DNA of 32,000 nucleotides from Wolbachia endosymbiont of Cimex lectularius (GTDB lineage Bacteria; Pseudomonadota; Alphaproteobacteria; Rickettsiales; Anaplasmataceae): NCBI RefSeq assembly GCF_000829315.1, contig NZ_AP013028.1, positions 780,001 to 812,000 of the forward strand, read 5' to 3'. Shown piece by piece: positions 18,676 to 29,001 of this stretch (position 1 is its first letter; each line of letters starts with the position of its first letter). The notes under the pieces were generated by a model. It saw only the letters and a program-made list of their open reading frames with translations, ran no database searches and was not told where the DNA came from. The position numbers and the translations under genes were made by a program.

Positions 18676-20640
18676 TTAAAATCTTTTCAATAAAGGCAAA
18701 GCAGCAAGGAGCGAACCAAAAGCGATGAGGAAGGATCCAAGCCAGATTACAGGCATTCCAGGTTTATAGTGCACTTTAGTGGCGATCTTGCTCTTACTCT
18801 TATCAATCTCGCCAATTACAACATAAATATCAGAGAATAAATTGTGATAAGTACTGCTCTCAACATTCTTTTGACCCTCCACAAGATAAAATCTATATTC
18901 AGGAGTTACTTCGCCTAATATCTTGTTGTTCAATAGATTTCTAATATCCATTGTACCTCTCACTGCATGGAAATTTTTCTCTTTTATAGATTCAATATTT
19001 CGCAAAGTAACTTTGAATTTATTGACCGTTATGCTATCCCCTATTTTTAGGTAATTCTCCTTTTTTTCCTGCCAACCAACGGAATAGGCTATACCAAGCA
19101 CCAAAATTGCCACTCCAGCATGAGCGAGCATCATTGCATAGTAGGACTTGGAAACTCTTTTTGCTAGTAAAATTGATTCACTAAATGCTGCCTTAAATAA
19201 GCGAATTCTTTTACTGTATGCTTCCAAAACAAAGACTAATAGTGCTATGGAGATGGCAATTGATAGCACAATCATCAGCTCCATGTGAAGGACAAACGGC
19301 AAAATAGCTGCAGCGCTACAAAATGAGAATCTATATTCACGGAATATTGGCAACAGGCTATTCCCTTGCCAACGGCAGTATTGCCCAATTATCGTAAGGA
19401 CTAGAATAGCCAGTGCAATGGGGTTGAACAAGGAATTATAATACGGGGCTCCAACTGAAATAAGTTCGCCGGTTAAATATTCAAGCATCATAGGGTATAA
19501 AGTGCCAACGAATACGGCGAAAAAAGCAGTGATGAACAATAAATTGTTTATCAACATCATCGTGAAACGTGAGAAGAATTTTCTCTCCCTTGTCATCTGA
19601 GTGGTTTGCTTGCTTGCTTCTTTTTTTCTGGATTCCAGTGTCAAGCACTGGAATGACACTAGAGATGGACGATTTTTTCTTGTAAATACTACAAATATTA
19701 CTAAGCTACTGGCTGTAATTATACCAAGTAGGGCTAATATATACAGTCCATACTTTGGATCGTCAGCGAATGTGTGCACTGAAGCGAGTATTCCAGAGCG
19801 GACTAAAAATGTTCCAGTTACACTCAGTATAAAAGTTGTAAGCGTGAGCAAAATGGCAAAGTTTCTTAAAACATTGAAATTTCGTACCACAAGTAGCAGA
19901 TGTGTCAGCGCCACTGCAACTAACCATGGCATCAAAGAAACGTTTTCCACTGGATCCCAAAACCAAAATCCACCCCAACCAAGTTCACGGTATGCCCACC
20001 AACTGCCAAGGCTAATGCCCAAAGTAAGTAACGACCAAGAAACAAGCGCCCAAGGCCTGACAATTCTAGCCCAAACATTTCCCTCAGCGTTTGCAATGAG
20101 TCCAGCTATAGAGAGCGAAAAAGGAACGCTAAATCCAAGGTACCCCAAATACAATATCGGCGGATGAATAGCAAGACCGATATCTTGCAATATTGGGTTA
20201 AAACCGAGACCATCTGTTTCAATGCTTGGCATTTTAGTAAAAGGATTAGACTCAAATAAAGTGAACAACAAAAAACAAAAGCAAATCAAGCCTTGAGTGA
20301 TCAAGGATACCTTCTTCAATTTACTGTTATTATCAATAAAAATGCTCATCAGAAACAAGTAAAAGGCAAGCACTAAGGTCCAGAGCAACATAGACCCTTC
20401 TTTATTTCCCCAAACACCACAGATTTTATAGATCAAAGGCTTTGTCGTATGAGAGTAGTAATATACGTTTTCGAGTGAGAAATCGTCTGTAATGTGACAG
20501 TAAACCAAAACAGCCATTGATACCGATACACAGAAAAATATAGCAGTGGTAACGAACCGATAGGAACTGAGTGGTAGAAATAAATATGTTAGAGACAGTA
20601 AGCAGGCTACCAATAACAATATATTCCCAAGTTCAGGCAT
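18676..20640 (-). CDS. ccmF: Heme lyase / cytochrome c maturation protein CcmF
   Basis: WGNKEGSMLLWTLVLAFY, YLGFSVPFSLSIAGLI, SWSLLTLGISLGSWWAYRELGWGGFWFWDPVENVSLMPWL (WWD motif). Confidence 0.95.
   Translation of the reverse strand: MPELGNILLLVACLLSLTYLFLPLSSYRFVTTAIFFCVSVSMAVLVYCHITDDFSLENVYYYSHTTKPLIYKICGVWGNKEGSMLLWTLVLAFYLFLMSIFIDNNSKLKKVSLITQGLICFCFLLFTLFESNPFTKMPSIETDGLGFNPILQDIGLAIHPPILYLGYLGFSVPFSLSIAGLIANAEGNVWARIVRPWALVSWSLLTLGISLGSWWAYRELGWGGFWFWDPVENVSLMPWLVAVALTHLLLVVRNFNVLRNFAILLTLTTFILSVTGTFLVRSGILASVHTFADDPKYGLYILALLGIITASSLVIFVVFTRKNRPSLVSFQCLTLESRKKEASKQTTQMTRERKFFSRFTMMLINNLLFITAFFAVFVGTLYPMMLEYLTGELISVGAPYYNSLFNPIALAILVLTIIGQYCRWQGNSLLPIFREYRFSFCSAAAILPFVLHMELMIVLSIAISIALLVFVLEAYSKRIRLFKAAFSESILLAKRVSKSYYAMMLAHAGVAILVLGIAYSVGWQEKKENYLKIGDSITVNKFKVTLRNIESIKEKNFHAVRGTMDIRNLLNNKILGEVTPEYRFYLVEGQKNVESSTYHNLFSDIYVVIGEIDKSKSKIATKVHYKPGMPVIWLGSFLIAFGSLLAALPLLKRF
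19625..19665 (-). repeat. Palindromic element in frame within ccmF
   Basis: ATTCCAGTG-loop-CACTGGAAT (about 19632-19654). Encodes SLVSFQCLTLESRKK at a position where CcmF is normally shorter. Confidence 0.6.
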
Positions 20641-21168
20641 AAACTATAGTTATTTATATAATGATATTACTAATAACGAGTGAGGAGTTAAAGTTTTAAT
20701 ATAGGGAAAAACTAGCATGATGCCTCCATATTTTGCTGAGCTAACCACATTAACGGTAAGTAAAAATTAAATATTAAGTTTTATACTTTTACTGTGTAGC
20801 ATTAGTACTGGAGTAGCATTATGGGTGCAATCAAAATTAGTAAATCTCTATTTAGCAGAAGTAATAAAATAACAAAACAGTATGACGAACTAATAGTTGA
20901 AAAAAATCTCTATATTATTTTAGGTTTTAAAGGCAGAGAAGATTTTGAAAATAAGACAAGTAAGCTGTTTAATAATGATGAGAAGCAACTTAAAAAACTA
21001 CAAGATAAGCTATGGTATAGATTCGAAAAGAAAATAAAAGACGATAAAGGAAATAATAAAGCAGCTAAGGACATCAATAATACTATTAAAGAATCTAAGA
21101 CTACTGAAAGTAAACTAGATAGTTTATTGGAATTTAAAAAACAGCTACAAAGCTTTCTAAGAACCTGT

Positions 21169-21633
21169 TTAAAATCTTCGTAACAGGAGAGAAATAAAGG
21201 AGAGGACTATCATCTGTAAGCTAGTGTTGAGCTTCCGCTCGCAATTTTTCCACAATCGCCTGCACTTTTCTAACCAGGCAAAAGAGCGTTCAACAACCCA
21301 TCTTTTTGGCAATACGACGAAAGTGTGTAACTCACTTCGCTTTATTACTTCAACAGTCGCACCAATGATAGCTTTTATTTGTGTTGCAAAATTTTCTCCT
21401 GTGTAGCCAGCATCAACCAGTATGTTTTTAACTTCAGAGAGGTTTGCTTTAGCATTTTCGACCATTTTCACAGCACTGCTACGGTCAGTTGCTTCTGCCG
21501 TTGTTACATAAATTGCATGTGGCAAACCTTGTGTATCAACTGCAATATGGCGCTTTATCCCTGAAATCTTTTTACCTGCATCATAGCCTTTTTTTTTCAG
21601 CAGTATCTGCGTTTTTAACGCTTTGAGAATCAA
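21169..21633 (-). CDS. IS5-family transposase C-terminal ORF (copy C)
   Basis: 154-aa ORF identical to other copies. Confidence 0.85.
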   Translation of the reverse strand: MILKALKTQILLKKKGYDAGKKISGIKRHIAVDTQGLPHAIYVTTAEATDRSSAVKMVENAKANLSEVKNILVDAGYTGENFATQIKAIIGATVEVIKRSELHTFVVLPKRWVVERSFAWLEKCRRLWKNCERKLNTSLQMIVLSFISLLLRRF

Positions 21634-21644
21634 TTATACAAAAG

Positions 21645-21965
21645 CTAGTTTTCTCTTTCCGACCATTGCTGATACGGACCTCTCCAACTAATTTTTTTTA
21701 AGACTAATTCCAACAAGCTTGGCTCTTCTCCACTCTTTTTACTCCACACTCGAAAATAGTAATATACGCTTTCCCATCTTGGAAAACCCTTTGGTAACAT
21801 CCTCCACTGACAACCACTTTTTAAGACGTACAACACCCCACAAAATACGTCATACAAATCAAGTTTTCTTGGTTTTGTTTTCTGCTTGCTACTCTCCAAA
21901 ATTGGCCTGATTTTTTCAAACTGCTCTTGACTTATATTACTTGGATAACTTTTCTGCATAGACAC
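21645..21965 (-). CDS. IS5-family transposase N-terminal ORF (copy C)
   Basis: 106-aa ORF with one N to S change (SKKSGEEP). Confidence 0.85.
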   Translation of the reverse strand: MSMQKSYPSNISQEQFEKIRPILESSKQKTKPRKLDLYDVFCGVLYVLKSGCQWRMLPKGFPRWESVYYYFRVWSKKSGEEPSLLELVLKKISWRGPYQQWSEREN

Positions 21966-22640
21966 CTCATTATTAATCTATGCTTACTTTACCTCACATT
22001 TCCAAGATTTTAAACAGGTTCTAAAAGACCAAAATGACCAAGGTATTGTGTTAAATACAATTAACCCTGCTAGTGCTGCACGTGTAATTGAAGTTAGTGG
22101 TATACATCCAAAAGAGCGTGATATTAAAAAATTGAAGAAAGCTCAACCTCTGACCTCTAACAAGCAGGATTTTGAAGACGCTTTAGGGTACATAGAATCA
22201 CAAGAAAAAGCTATTGGAATTATGTTAGAGGAACTTAGGGAATACAAGAAAAACTCTATTAAGATTTTTCTGTTGGGTTATACTGACCCACTGAAGAAAA
22301 AACACCCCAAATCACACGGCAAAAGAGAAGATGCTATATCAATATTATCAAGTAATGAGCTGAAGAATTTTTATGATAAAAGCATAGAAGAAGGAATGCT
22401 ACAACCAATGGCGTCTTATAAAGAGTACAAAAACCTATATGATAAAATGAACCAGGCGGAAAAAGAATCAAAGAGCATAATTGAAAGGAAAGAATGGGAG
22501 GAGAATTTGAAGAAAACAGATAAGTCGATAGTCAAAACAATCAACGACATAAAAAAATATAGAGAAGCAATCCTTAACTGTAAACACTTTCAAAACTCTT
22601 ACATAAAGGAAAAAGAGGAGCATCCATTTAGGAGTAAATC

Positions 22641-22952
22641 ATGCAGAAAATGATCGATATATATCAAGAAAGAATTGCTGGATATCAGGAGCAAATTCGT
22701 CAAAACTTAACCCAAATAAGAAAAATATTCAAAAGCATGCCACAGGAAACGAAAAGTCTATGTTGTGTGGAAGAATTCGAGGAATCAATGGATAATATGC
22801 ATGAAGCAAAGCAGGTTGATGAAAACTTTGATTTGGTTTTATCGAATATACAAAGCAAGTTAGATATTCAGCTGGAAAGAACGGGAAATCCTTCGATAGA
22901 ACTAGAAGAAGCCTTACACGTCAAGAGTAGAACTGAAGTAACTAGGTCATAA
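22641..22952 (+). CDS. Hypothetical protein, coiled-coil-like; overlaps preceding ORF
   Basis: 103-aa ORF MQKMIDIYQERIAGYQEQIRQNLTQIRKIFKSM..., 13-nt overlap with the upstream ORF suggests an operon. Confidence 0.5.
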   Translation: MQKMIDIYQERIAGYQEQIRQNLTQIRKIFKSMPQETKSLCCVEEFEESMDNMHEAKQVDENFDLVLSNIQSKLDIQLERTGNPSIELEEALHVKSRTEVTRS

Positions 22953-23043
22953 TCTGTTTGACACTGGATATCTGATACAGTTATTCTAAACTAGGGGTTT
23001 TTGCCTCACTATTCTTGGCTGAAAGAGCCAAATTTTTGAGACG

Positions 23044-23895
23044 ATGAAAACTATCAGCACTCTAATTCAAGAGGGATCAGAACTATTATTATCGCATAAA
23101 GTTGAGTCACCATGCCTAGATTGCGAAATCATCATGCAGCACGTTCTTGGCGTAGAAAGACCATTCATAATTATGAACTATGCTGATCAGGTGCCGATAG
23201 AGAAAGAACAACTATTTTGGAAATTAACAAAAAAAAGAGCAGAAAGGTATCCGATATCGCAAATAATAGGTAATCGCGAATTCTGGAGCAAAAATTTCAT
23301 AGTTAATCAGCATGTTTTGGACCCAAGACCAGACAGTGAAACAATAATCTTGGCAGTGTTAAAATATTACCCAAATAGAGGACAGAAACTAAAAATCGCA
23401 GATTTTGGCACAGGCACAGGTTGCTTACTGATATCCGTACTTAGCGAGTATGAGCATGCTGTTGGTATAGGTTTTGAAAAAAGCTTGGAAGCGTATAAGG
23501 TTGCCTGTCAGAACGTAAAAAAACATAATCTACCTAGCAGAGCTAGAATACTTCCAAGTTCGTGGACAGAGTGCAGAGGCTTGTTTGATCTTATAATTAG
23601 CAATCCTCCATATATCAAAAGCAGTAAATTAGAAAACCTGCAAGCAGAAGTGCAAAAAGAACCGAAAATGGCCCTTGATGGCGGTATTGATGGTTTGAGC
23701 TGTTACTTGAGTATTTTTCCAATATTGAAAAAGTGCCTTAAAAAGAATGGGTTTGCAATATTGGAAATAGGCGAAGATCAAAACGATATCGACAAAATCA
23801 TCCCCTCATATGGGTTATCTTTTCAAGAGTATGTATATGACTTGGCGGGAATGAAAAGATGCATTGTTGTGAAACAAGATAAAGAACATAACTAA
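23044..23895 (+). CDS. prmC: Peptide chain release factor N(5)-glutamine methyltransferase
   Basis: IADFGTGTGCLLISVL, FDLIISNPPYIKSSKL, ALDGGIDGLSCY. Confidence 0.93.
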   Translation: MKTISTLIQEGSELLLSHKVESPCLDCEIIMQHVLGVERPFIIMNYADQVPIEKEQLFWKLTKKRAERYPISQIIGNREFWSKNFIVNQHVLDPRPDSETIILAVLKYYPNRGQKLKIADFGTGTGCLLISVLSEYEHAVGIGFEKSLEAYKVACQNVKKHNLPSRARILPSSWTECRGLFDLIISNPPYIKSSKLENLQAEVQKEPKMALDGGIDGLSCYLSIFPILKKCLKKNGFAILEIGEDQNDIDKIIPSYGLSFQEYVYDLAGMKRCIVVKQDKEHN

Positions 23896-23937
23896 TTTCT
23901 TTCTTTCTGAATTCTAGTATCATCCAATAGAAACAAA

Positions 23938-24375
23938 AAAACTACTTGACAACCTTCACCGTTACCCTTATAATAATATTGAAGCTATTCATTTAACTTC
24001 GCAATCTGCAGATTAAAACGACAAAGGAAACTTTGTATTTTGTGTCTCATGTTTAAATTTTTGCACTATGTGCACCTCACGTCTTTTTAAAACTTCTGCT
24101 TTTTACCTGTACAAGCTGAAACGCGCTTATAAGTCGTTTAAGACAGTATAGAACGTCAAATAGAACAAGGGAGAATTTGAATACTAGCTGCTCTGGGTTT
24201 CTTTTACCTTTTTTTTCTGCTTAGTAAATTTCTTAGCACTTAAGCTAAGGGTCTGTTGCAGTTTAAAAGCAGCTAAATTGCAGCGTTTAAGGCATAAAAA
24301 CGCCAATACTAAAAATAAATACCGACCAGGGCTTCTTTTGCTTTTTTTCTCATCTGGTAAATTTCTTAAATATTT
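23938..24375 (-). repeat. Dispersed ~450 bp intergenic repeat, copy 3 (inverted, more diverged)
   Basis: Reverse complement matches copies 1 and 2: tctcatgtttaaatttttgcac, acgtctttttaaaac, gcttataagtcgttt, cttcttttgc. Confidence 0.75.
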
Positions 24376-24390
24376 ATTGCTAAAATAGTA

Positions 24391-24446
24391 TTCTGGATTC
24401 CAGTGTCAGCTACTTGGATGACAGGAAGAGGATGCTGGAATGATAC
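24391..24446. repeat. Intergenic palindromic-element-like sequence related to the one in ccmF
   Basis: attctggattccagtgtcagctacttggatgacaggaagaggatgctggaatga. Confidence 0.5.
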
Positions 24447-24936
24447 CATCATAGAACTTCAGCTATACTCTATGATTTTACATATTAATTTAATTATTTA
24501 TATCTTTTTGCTAAGATGTAAATTATACTGATATGGAAATTTACGCTTTTTTTAGGGAAATCACTTTATGCTTGATATTGAAGGATTAACAAATTAGAGG
24601 TTAAAGTTATGACAATCAATCGACAAGTAAATAAAAATATAACTAAAGAAGAGTATTTCAACAATGGTGGTAAGGGATTTAACTCACCACATATTGTAGA
24701 AATAGAAGAACTAAATATCAAAGTAGAGGTTTATTCTCATAATTTAAGAGCAAGTAAAGTTCCTAAAATTGAAAGTGAGATAAGAGAAACAGCTACTAAT
24801 TTTAAAGGTGCATTTAAATTGGAACCTTGCAGTTCAGAACAAACATTCAAGATTTATATGTTTGACGATAAGGATGATTAGAACCTGTTTAAAATCTTGA
24901 AAATGTGAGGTAAAGTAAGCATAGATTAATAATGAG

Positions 24937-25257
24937 GTGTCTATGCAGAAAAGTTATCCAAGTAATATAAGTCAAGAGCAGTTTGAAAAAATCAGGCCAA
25001 TTTTGGAGAGTAGCAAGCAGAAAACAAAACCAAGAAAACTTGATTTGTATGACGTATTTTGTGGGGTGTTGTACGTCTTAAAAAGTGGTTGTCAGTGGAG
25101 GATGTTACCAAAGGGTTTTCCAAGATGGGAAAGCGTATATTACTATTTTCGAGTGTGGAGTAAAAAGAATGGAGAAGAGCCAAGCTTGTTGGAATTAGTC
25201 TTAAAAAAAATTAGTTGGAGAGGTCCGTATCAGCAATGGTCGGAAAGAGAAAACTAG
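24937..25257 (+). CDS. IS5-family transposase N-terminal ORF (copy D)
   Basis: 106-aa ORF. Confidence 0.85.
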   Translation: MSMQKSYPSNISQEQFEKIRPILESSKQKTKPRKLDLYDVFCGVLYVLKSGCQWRMLPKGFPRWESVYYYFRVWSKKNGEEPSLLELVLKKISWRGPYQQWSEREN

Positions 25258-25268
25258 CTTTTGTATAA

Positions 25269-25733
25269 TTGATTCTCAAAGCGTTAAAAACGCAGATACT
25301 GCTGAAAAAAAAAGGCTATGATGCAGGTAAAAAGATTTCAGGGATAAAGCGCCATATTGCAGTTGATACACAAGGTTTGCCACATGCAATTTATGTAACA
25401 ACGGCAGAAGCAACTGACCGTAGCAGTGCTGTGAAAATGGTCGAAAATGCTAAAGCAAACCTCTCTGAAGTTAAAAACATACTGGTTGATGCTGGCTACA
25501 CAGGAGAAAATTTTGCAACACAAATAAAAGCTATCATTGGTGCGACTGTTGAAGTAATAAAGCGAAGTGAGTTACACACTTTCGTCGTACTGCCAAAAAG
25601 ATGGGTTGTTGAACGCTCTTTTGCCTGGTTAGAAAAGTGCAGGCGATTGTGGAAAAATTGCGAGCGGAAGCTCAACACTAGCTTACAGATGATAGTCCTC
25701 TCCTTCATTTCTCTCCTGTTACGAAGATTTTAA
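25269..25733 (+). CDS. IS5-family transposase C-terminal ORF (copy D)
   Basis: 154-aa ORF. Confidence 0.85.
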   Translation: MILKALKTQILLKKKGYDAGKKISGIKRHIAVDTQGLPHAIYVTTAEATDRSSAVKMVENAKANLSEVKNILVDAGYTGENFATQIKAIIGATVEVIKRSELHTFVVLPKRWVVERSFAWLEKCRRLWKNCERKLNTSLQMIVLSFISLLLRRF

Positions 25734-28700
25734 ACAGGTTCTTACACTCACCTTGGTGGAAGCAATTCTTTTGGATTTAACCTTGGAGATGAAGGGGGTA
25801 TGTGTCGTTCAGGGAGTGGTAATGTTTGTGCTGAAATGTACGTCTATCAGAAAGGTGGTGTTCTTAACCTCCAGCATGAATTTGCACATGGTTTAACTTA
25901 CTTGGCGGGAGGCAAACAAGTATTCAAAAATTCTCCTAAAGCATTAACGGAGGGAATTGCAGATTATTTTGAACACTATTCAGACCACAAGTTCAATGCT
26001 CAAGGATTAAGCATTGACAAAACTGAGGCTGCAAGTTTGGATTTAAGTAAAATCTTAGAATTAAAATACTCAACCGATGATGAAAAGGATAGTCTTGTTT
26101 ATAAAACTGGTCATGCGCTAGTAATGTATTTACAGGAAAAACATCCTAGTTTATTGCGAGACTATCTAGAAGCTTTGCGCAAAGGCGACTTACATAAGTC
26201 AGAAGGCTTTCTCTCTCAAATAAAAGGTCAAGATGATGCTTTCAAGGGCTGGCTTGCTGAAAATAATACAGACACTGCAATGGAGAAAATCAATGCCCTG
26301 CAAGTTACAAAAGGGGATTTTATAGCAACTGGTCAAGAAATAGTGGATAAAGAAATTAAAAATGTATCCTATTATAGAGCCGACATAAAAACAATGGATG
26401 GAGAAGAGGTTGGAAGTTTCTCTCCTGTAGAACATGTTGCGTTTTATGATGTTGCTCGTGCTGTTAACAGGGCAACAAATGATAGTCTCGATATATCAAA
26501 GGAATATCACTTCTTAAAGGTAATAAGAACTGATGGACAGAACAAATTAGTCTATTCCGATGAGAGATGAGAATGGTAATGAGTATCGAAACAGTCAAGA
26601 GTATAAAGATCAGGCTTTCAGAATACTATCGAAATATGATGAAAATTTAAAGGAGGCTTATGATGAAGGATTGAAAATTTTGGATCAGAAAAGCCAAGAG
26701 GCATATCATAAAATAGGTAGAGAACTTGGTGAAAGGAAGATTTCTTATGAAGAATACCTAGAAAAATATCGTTCAATTCCCTCTAAATATGAAGAATTAA
26801 AAAACTCTTTGCTCGATAAAGTGGTAAATACTGGTTTAAAACAAGTAAGGGAAACTAAGAACATCGATGTAGAAAAGATTTTAGAAGAGATGATCAATAT
26901 CAATCCAAGCTTGATCAGAGGTGCTCATATTGATCTGCAGGAAGGTAAGATTTTCTCTATAAAAGCTCTTGGTCAAGGAAATATGGGTGCGCTGTCTATA
27001 TATGATGGACATACAAAACTTGGAGAATTATCGAGTGAATCAGGATTCTTTAAGCAAGTTGAAGGCCAAACTAAAGAAACTTTTTTCTTTGAAGATATAT
27101 TGCACAACTTGAGTACTCGATATGAAGGCGGTGCTTATATGGCGGTTACAAAAGAAAATGGTTATTATAAAGCTTCCCTGGTAGATAGCAGAATAGTTGA
27201 ACGTGATGAATATTTCGATGAAGCACATTTACACGAAAATGAATTGTTGCATCCTAATGTTGGACATATTCAAGGGGATTTAGATCCTTTACTCCTTAAG
27301 GGAGCCAAAATTTTGAGTCATAAGGATTCAAAGCATGCTCAATATTCTAATGAGCAAAGAGAAAATGGAGTAATCGTGGAAGAAGGAGAGTTACTGGATA
27401 ATAAAGGAACCGATAGGACAGACGACGATGTATACGAAGCTGTCGTGAAACAGAAAGGCGAGCACTGATATGAATTCAAAAATATGGGTTTCTATATTAG
27501 TGAGAAAGGCGACCTATTTATTCATGACCATGGAGCAAACGTAAGGTTTCAACTACCAAAAAGTATTACTCATCTAAAATTAGTACCGAAGGATGGCGGA
27601 TATAAATTGGTGCCAGCTGATAAGGATGGTGTTGAATTTAGGTATGATGCTCGAGGTGATGCTATACCAGACGAATATAAATATATTGACCAAATATTTG
27701 CACACGAATATGAAAAGAGAGATTCTTCTCATAAACATATCAATATAGGTCTTATAGATTTTAATAAATATCACACTGGTAAGCTTTTTGCTATTAAGTA
27801 CGATCCAAACGATTACCATATACAAAAAAATTCCAAAGGTGAAATACTTAGAATAAACGATCAAACATATTTCACTAAGGTAAAACTATTTGATAATGAT
27901 ACTGGCGAAGAGATTGGAATGTTATCTAATAACTTTCATAATTTCAAAGGAAAAATATTCTTTTCTGCTGACTATAACTACAGTTATAGCGATTTTCTGG
28001 CATCCGTTTCTCCTCAAGTTGAGATTGAGGATATGGGAAATGGAAGTAAAAAAATAACTTTCGACCAAGGTAGTGGTGATCTAGGTGATACTGATAAAGG
28101 CTATACCGATTATCAGAGAATATTTACAAGAGAGAAACAAACCGAAAGTTCAAAAGAACAGGCAAGTGTAAGCAAAACTGAGACAGAAGTCGATGCGCCA
28201 CACATGGGTTATAGTATTACTAATGCTGTTACACGAGCTGCCGAAGAGAAAGCTGCATCAAACGACAATGATGAAATGCAGTCTGATCAGCCACAAAGTT
28301 TAATAAGAACGAAAAGGTCAGCTTCATTAGAAGGAGAGCAAAAGCAGGTAGTGTTGAAAGACACAATCTTGAAAATAGAAAAGAGCTCTGATCAAGTCTC
28401 GGAAGGAAAGCATAAGGCAAACGTGACCATAGATTATTATGACGTGAAAGCCTTGTATGACAAAGCCGAGGAAGCAGAAAAACAATCTGTGTTAGAGTTT
28501 TGGCATAAATTGGCTGAATCGGGATATAAGGTTGGTGCTTTGCCAGAGGACAAGTATTACTTTCAAGGTGGCAAATTCGTAATTCACGATAGCGATACGA
28601 AGAAGTGTATAGCGTTGCCTGAAGATAAGGTGTCCATCAAGATAATGAAAGATGGTGATAGTTATAGTTTAGCTATATCTAATAATAATGGTAAAGTAAT

Positions 28701-28909
28701 AAGCAGCATTAGTAAAATAGATAATCCGAATTACGAATTGCTGTCAGACTCAAGTCATTTCAATTTAGAGGAGGATAATATTGCGTTATCAGATCAACAT
28801 CATGAATATAATCTCTATCTAGAGAATGGTTTAGTGAAAATGTTTGATTGCACAGACGATCACGTTTATCACGATCACACCTTGTTCAACATGGGTTAAT
28901 ACACATAAA

Positions 28910-28935
28910 GGGCTGCTGTTTTAATGCAGCAGCCC
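28910..28935. terminator. Hairpin after the fragmented metallopeptidase gene
   Basis: GGGCTGCTG-ttttaatg-CAGCAGCCC, 9-bp perfect stem; no clear downstream U-tract. Confidence 0.5.
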
Positions 28936-29001
28936 TCATGTGTATGAGGTTATTATACTAAACCAGGTATAAACTTTACAGGATTACACATTTTTTTGAT
29001 A

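Larger units (their letters stand above)
21161..22021 (-). mobile_element. IS5-family element (ISWpi1-like), copy C, 861 bp
   Basis: Same terminal repeats; TSD TAA (21158-21160/22022-22024). Confidence 0.95.
20821..22653 (+). pseudogene. Lysine/glutamate-rich hypothetical protein gene split by IS copy C
   Basis: Joining 20821..21160 with 22025..22653 gives 969 nt, 322 aa in frame (...LEFKKQLQSFLKDQNDQGIVLNTINPASAARVIEVSG...). Confidence 0.85.
24881..25741 (+). mobile_element. IS5-family element (ISWpi1-like), copy D, 861 bp
   Basis: Same terminal repeats; TSD TTA (24878-24880/25742-25744). Confidence 0.95.
24609..28899 (+). pseudogene. Large collagenase-like (M9-type, HEFAH) metallopeptidase-domain protein, fragmented into four ORFs
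   Basis: Segments 24609..24880, 25745..26570, 26560..27468, 27484..28899. Removing IS+TSD and one 7-bp tandem duplication (GATGAGA), and reading through TGA 27466-27468, gives 3420 nt (1139 aa). HEFAHGLTYLAGG...ALTEGIADYFEHYSDHKF. Confidence 0.8.

Noticed and set aside
19601-20167. 188-aa plus-strand ORF inside ccmF
   Set aside because: Antisense shadow of the conserved WWD region; ccmF is strongly supported.
24937-25741. IS pair around the metallopeptidase gene considered as a composite transposon (copies D and E)
   Set aside because: Each copy has its own matching target duplication (D) or nested flank (E), so the intervening DNA was not moved as one unit; pyrB lies between them.
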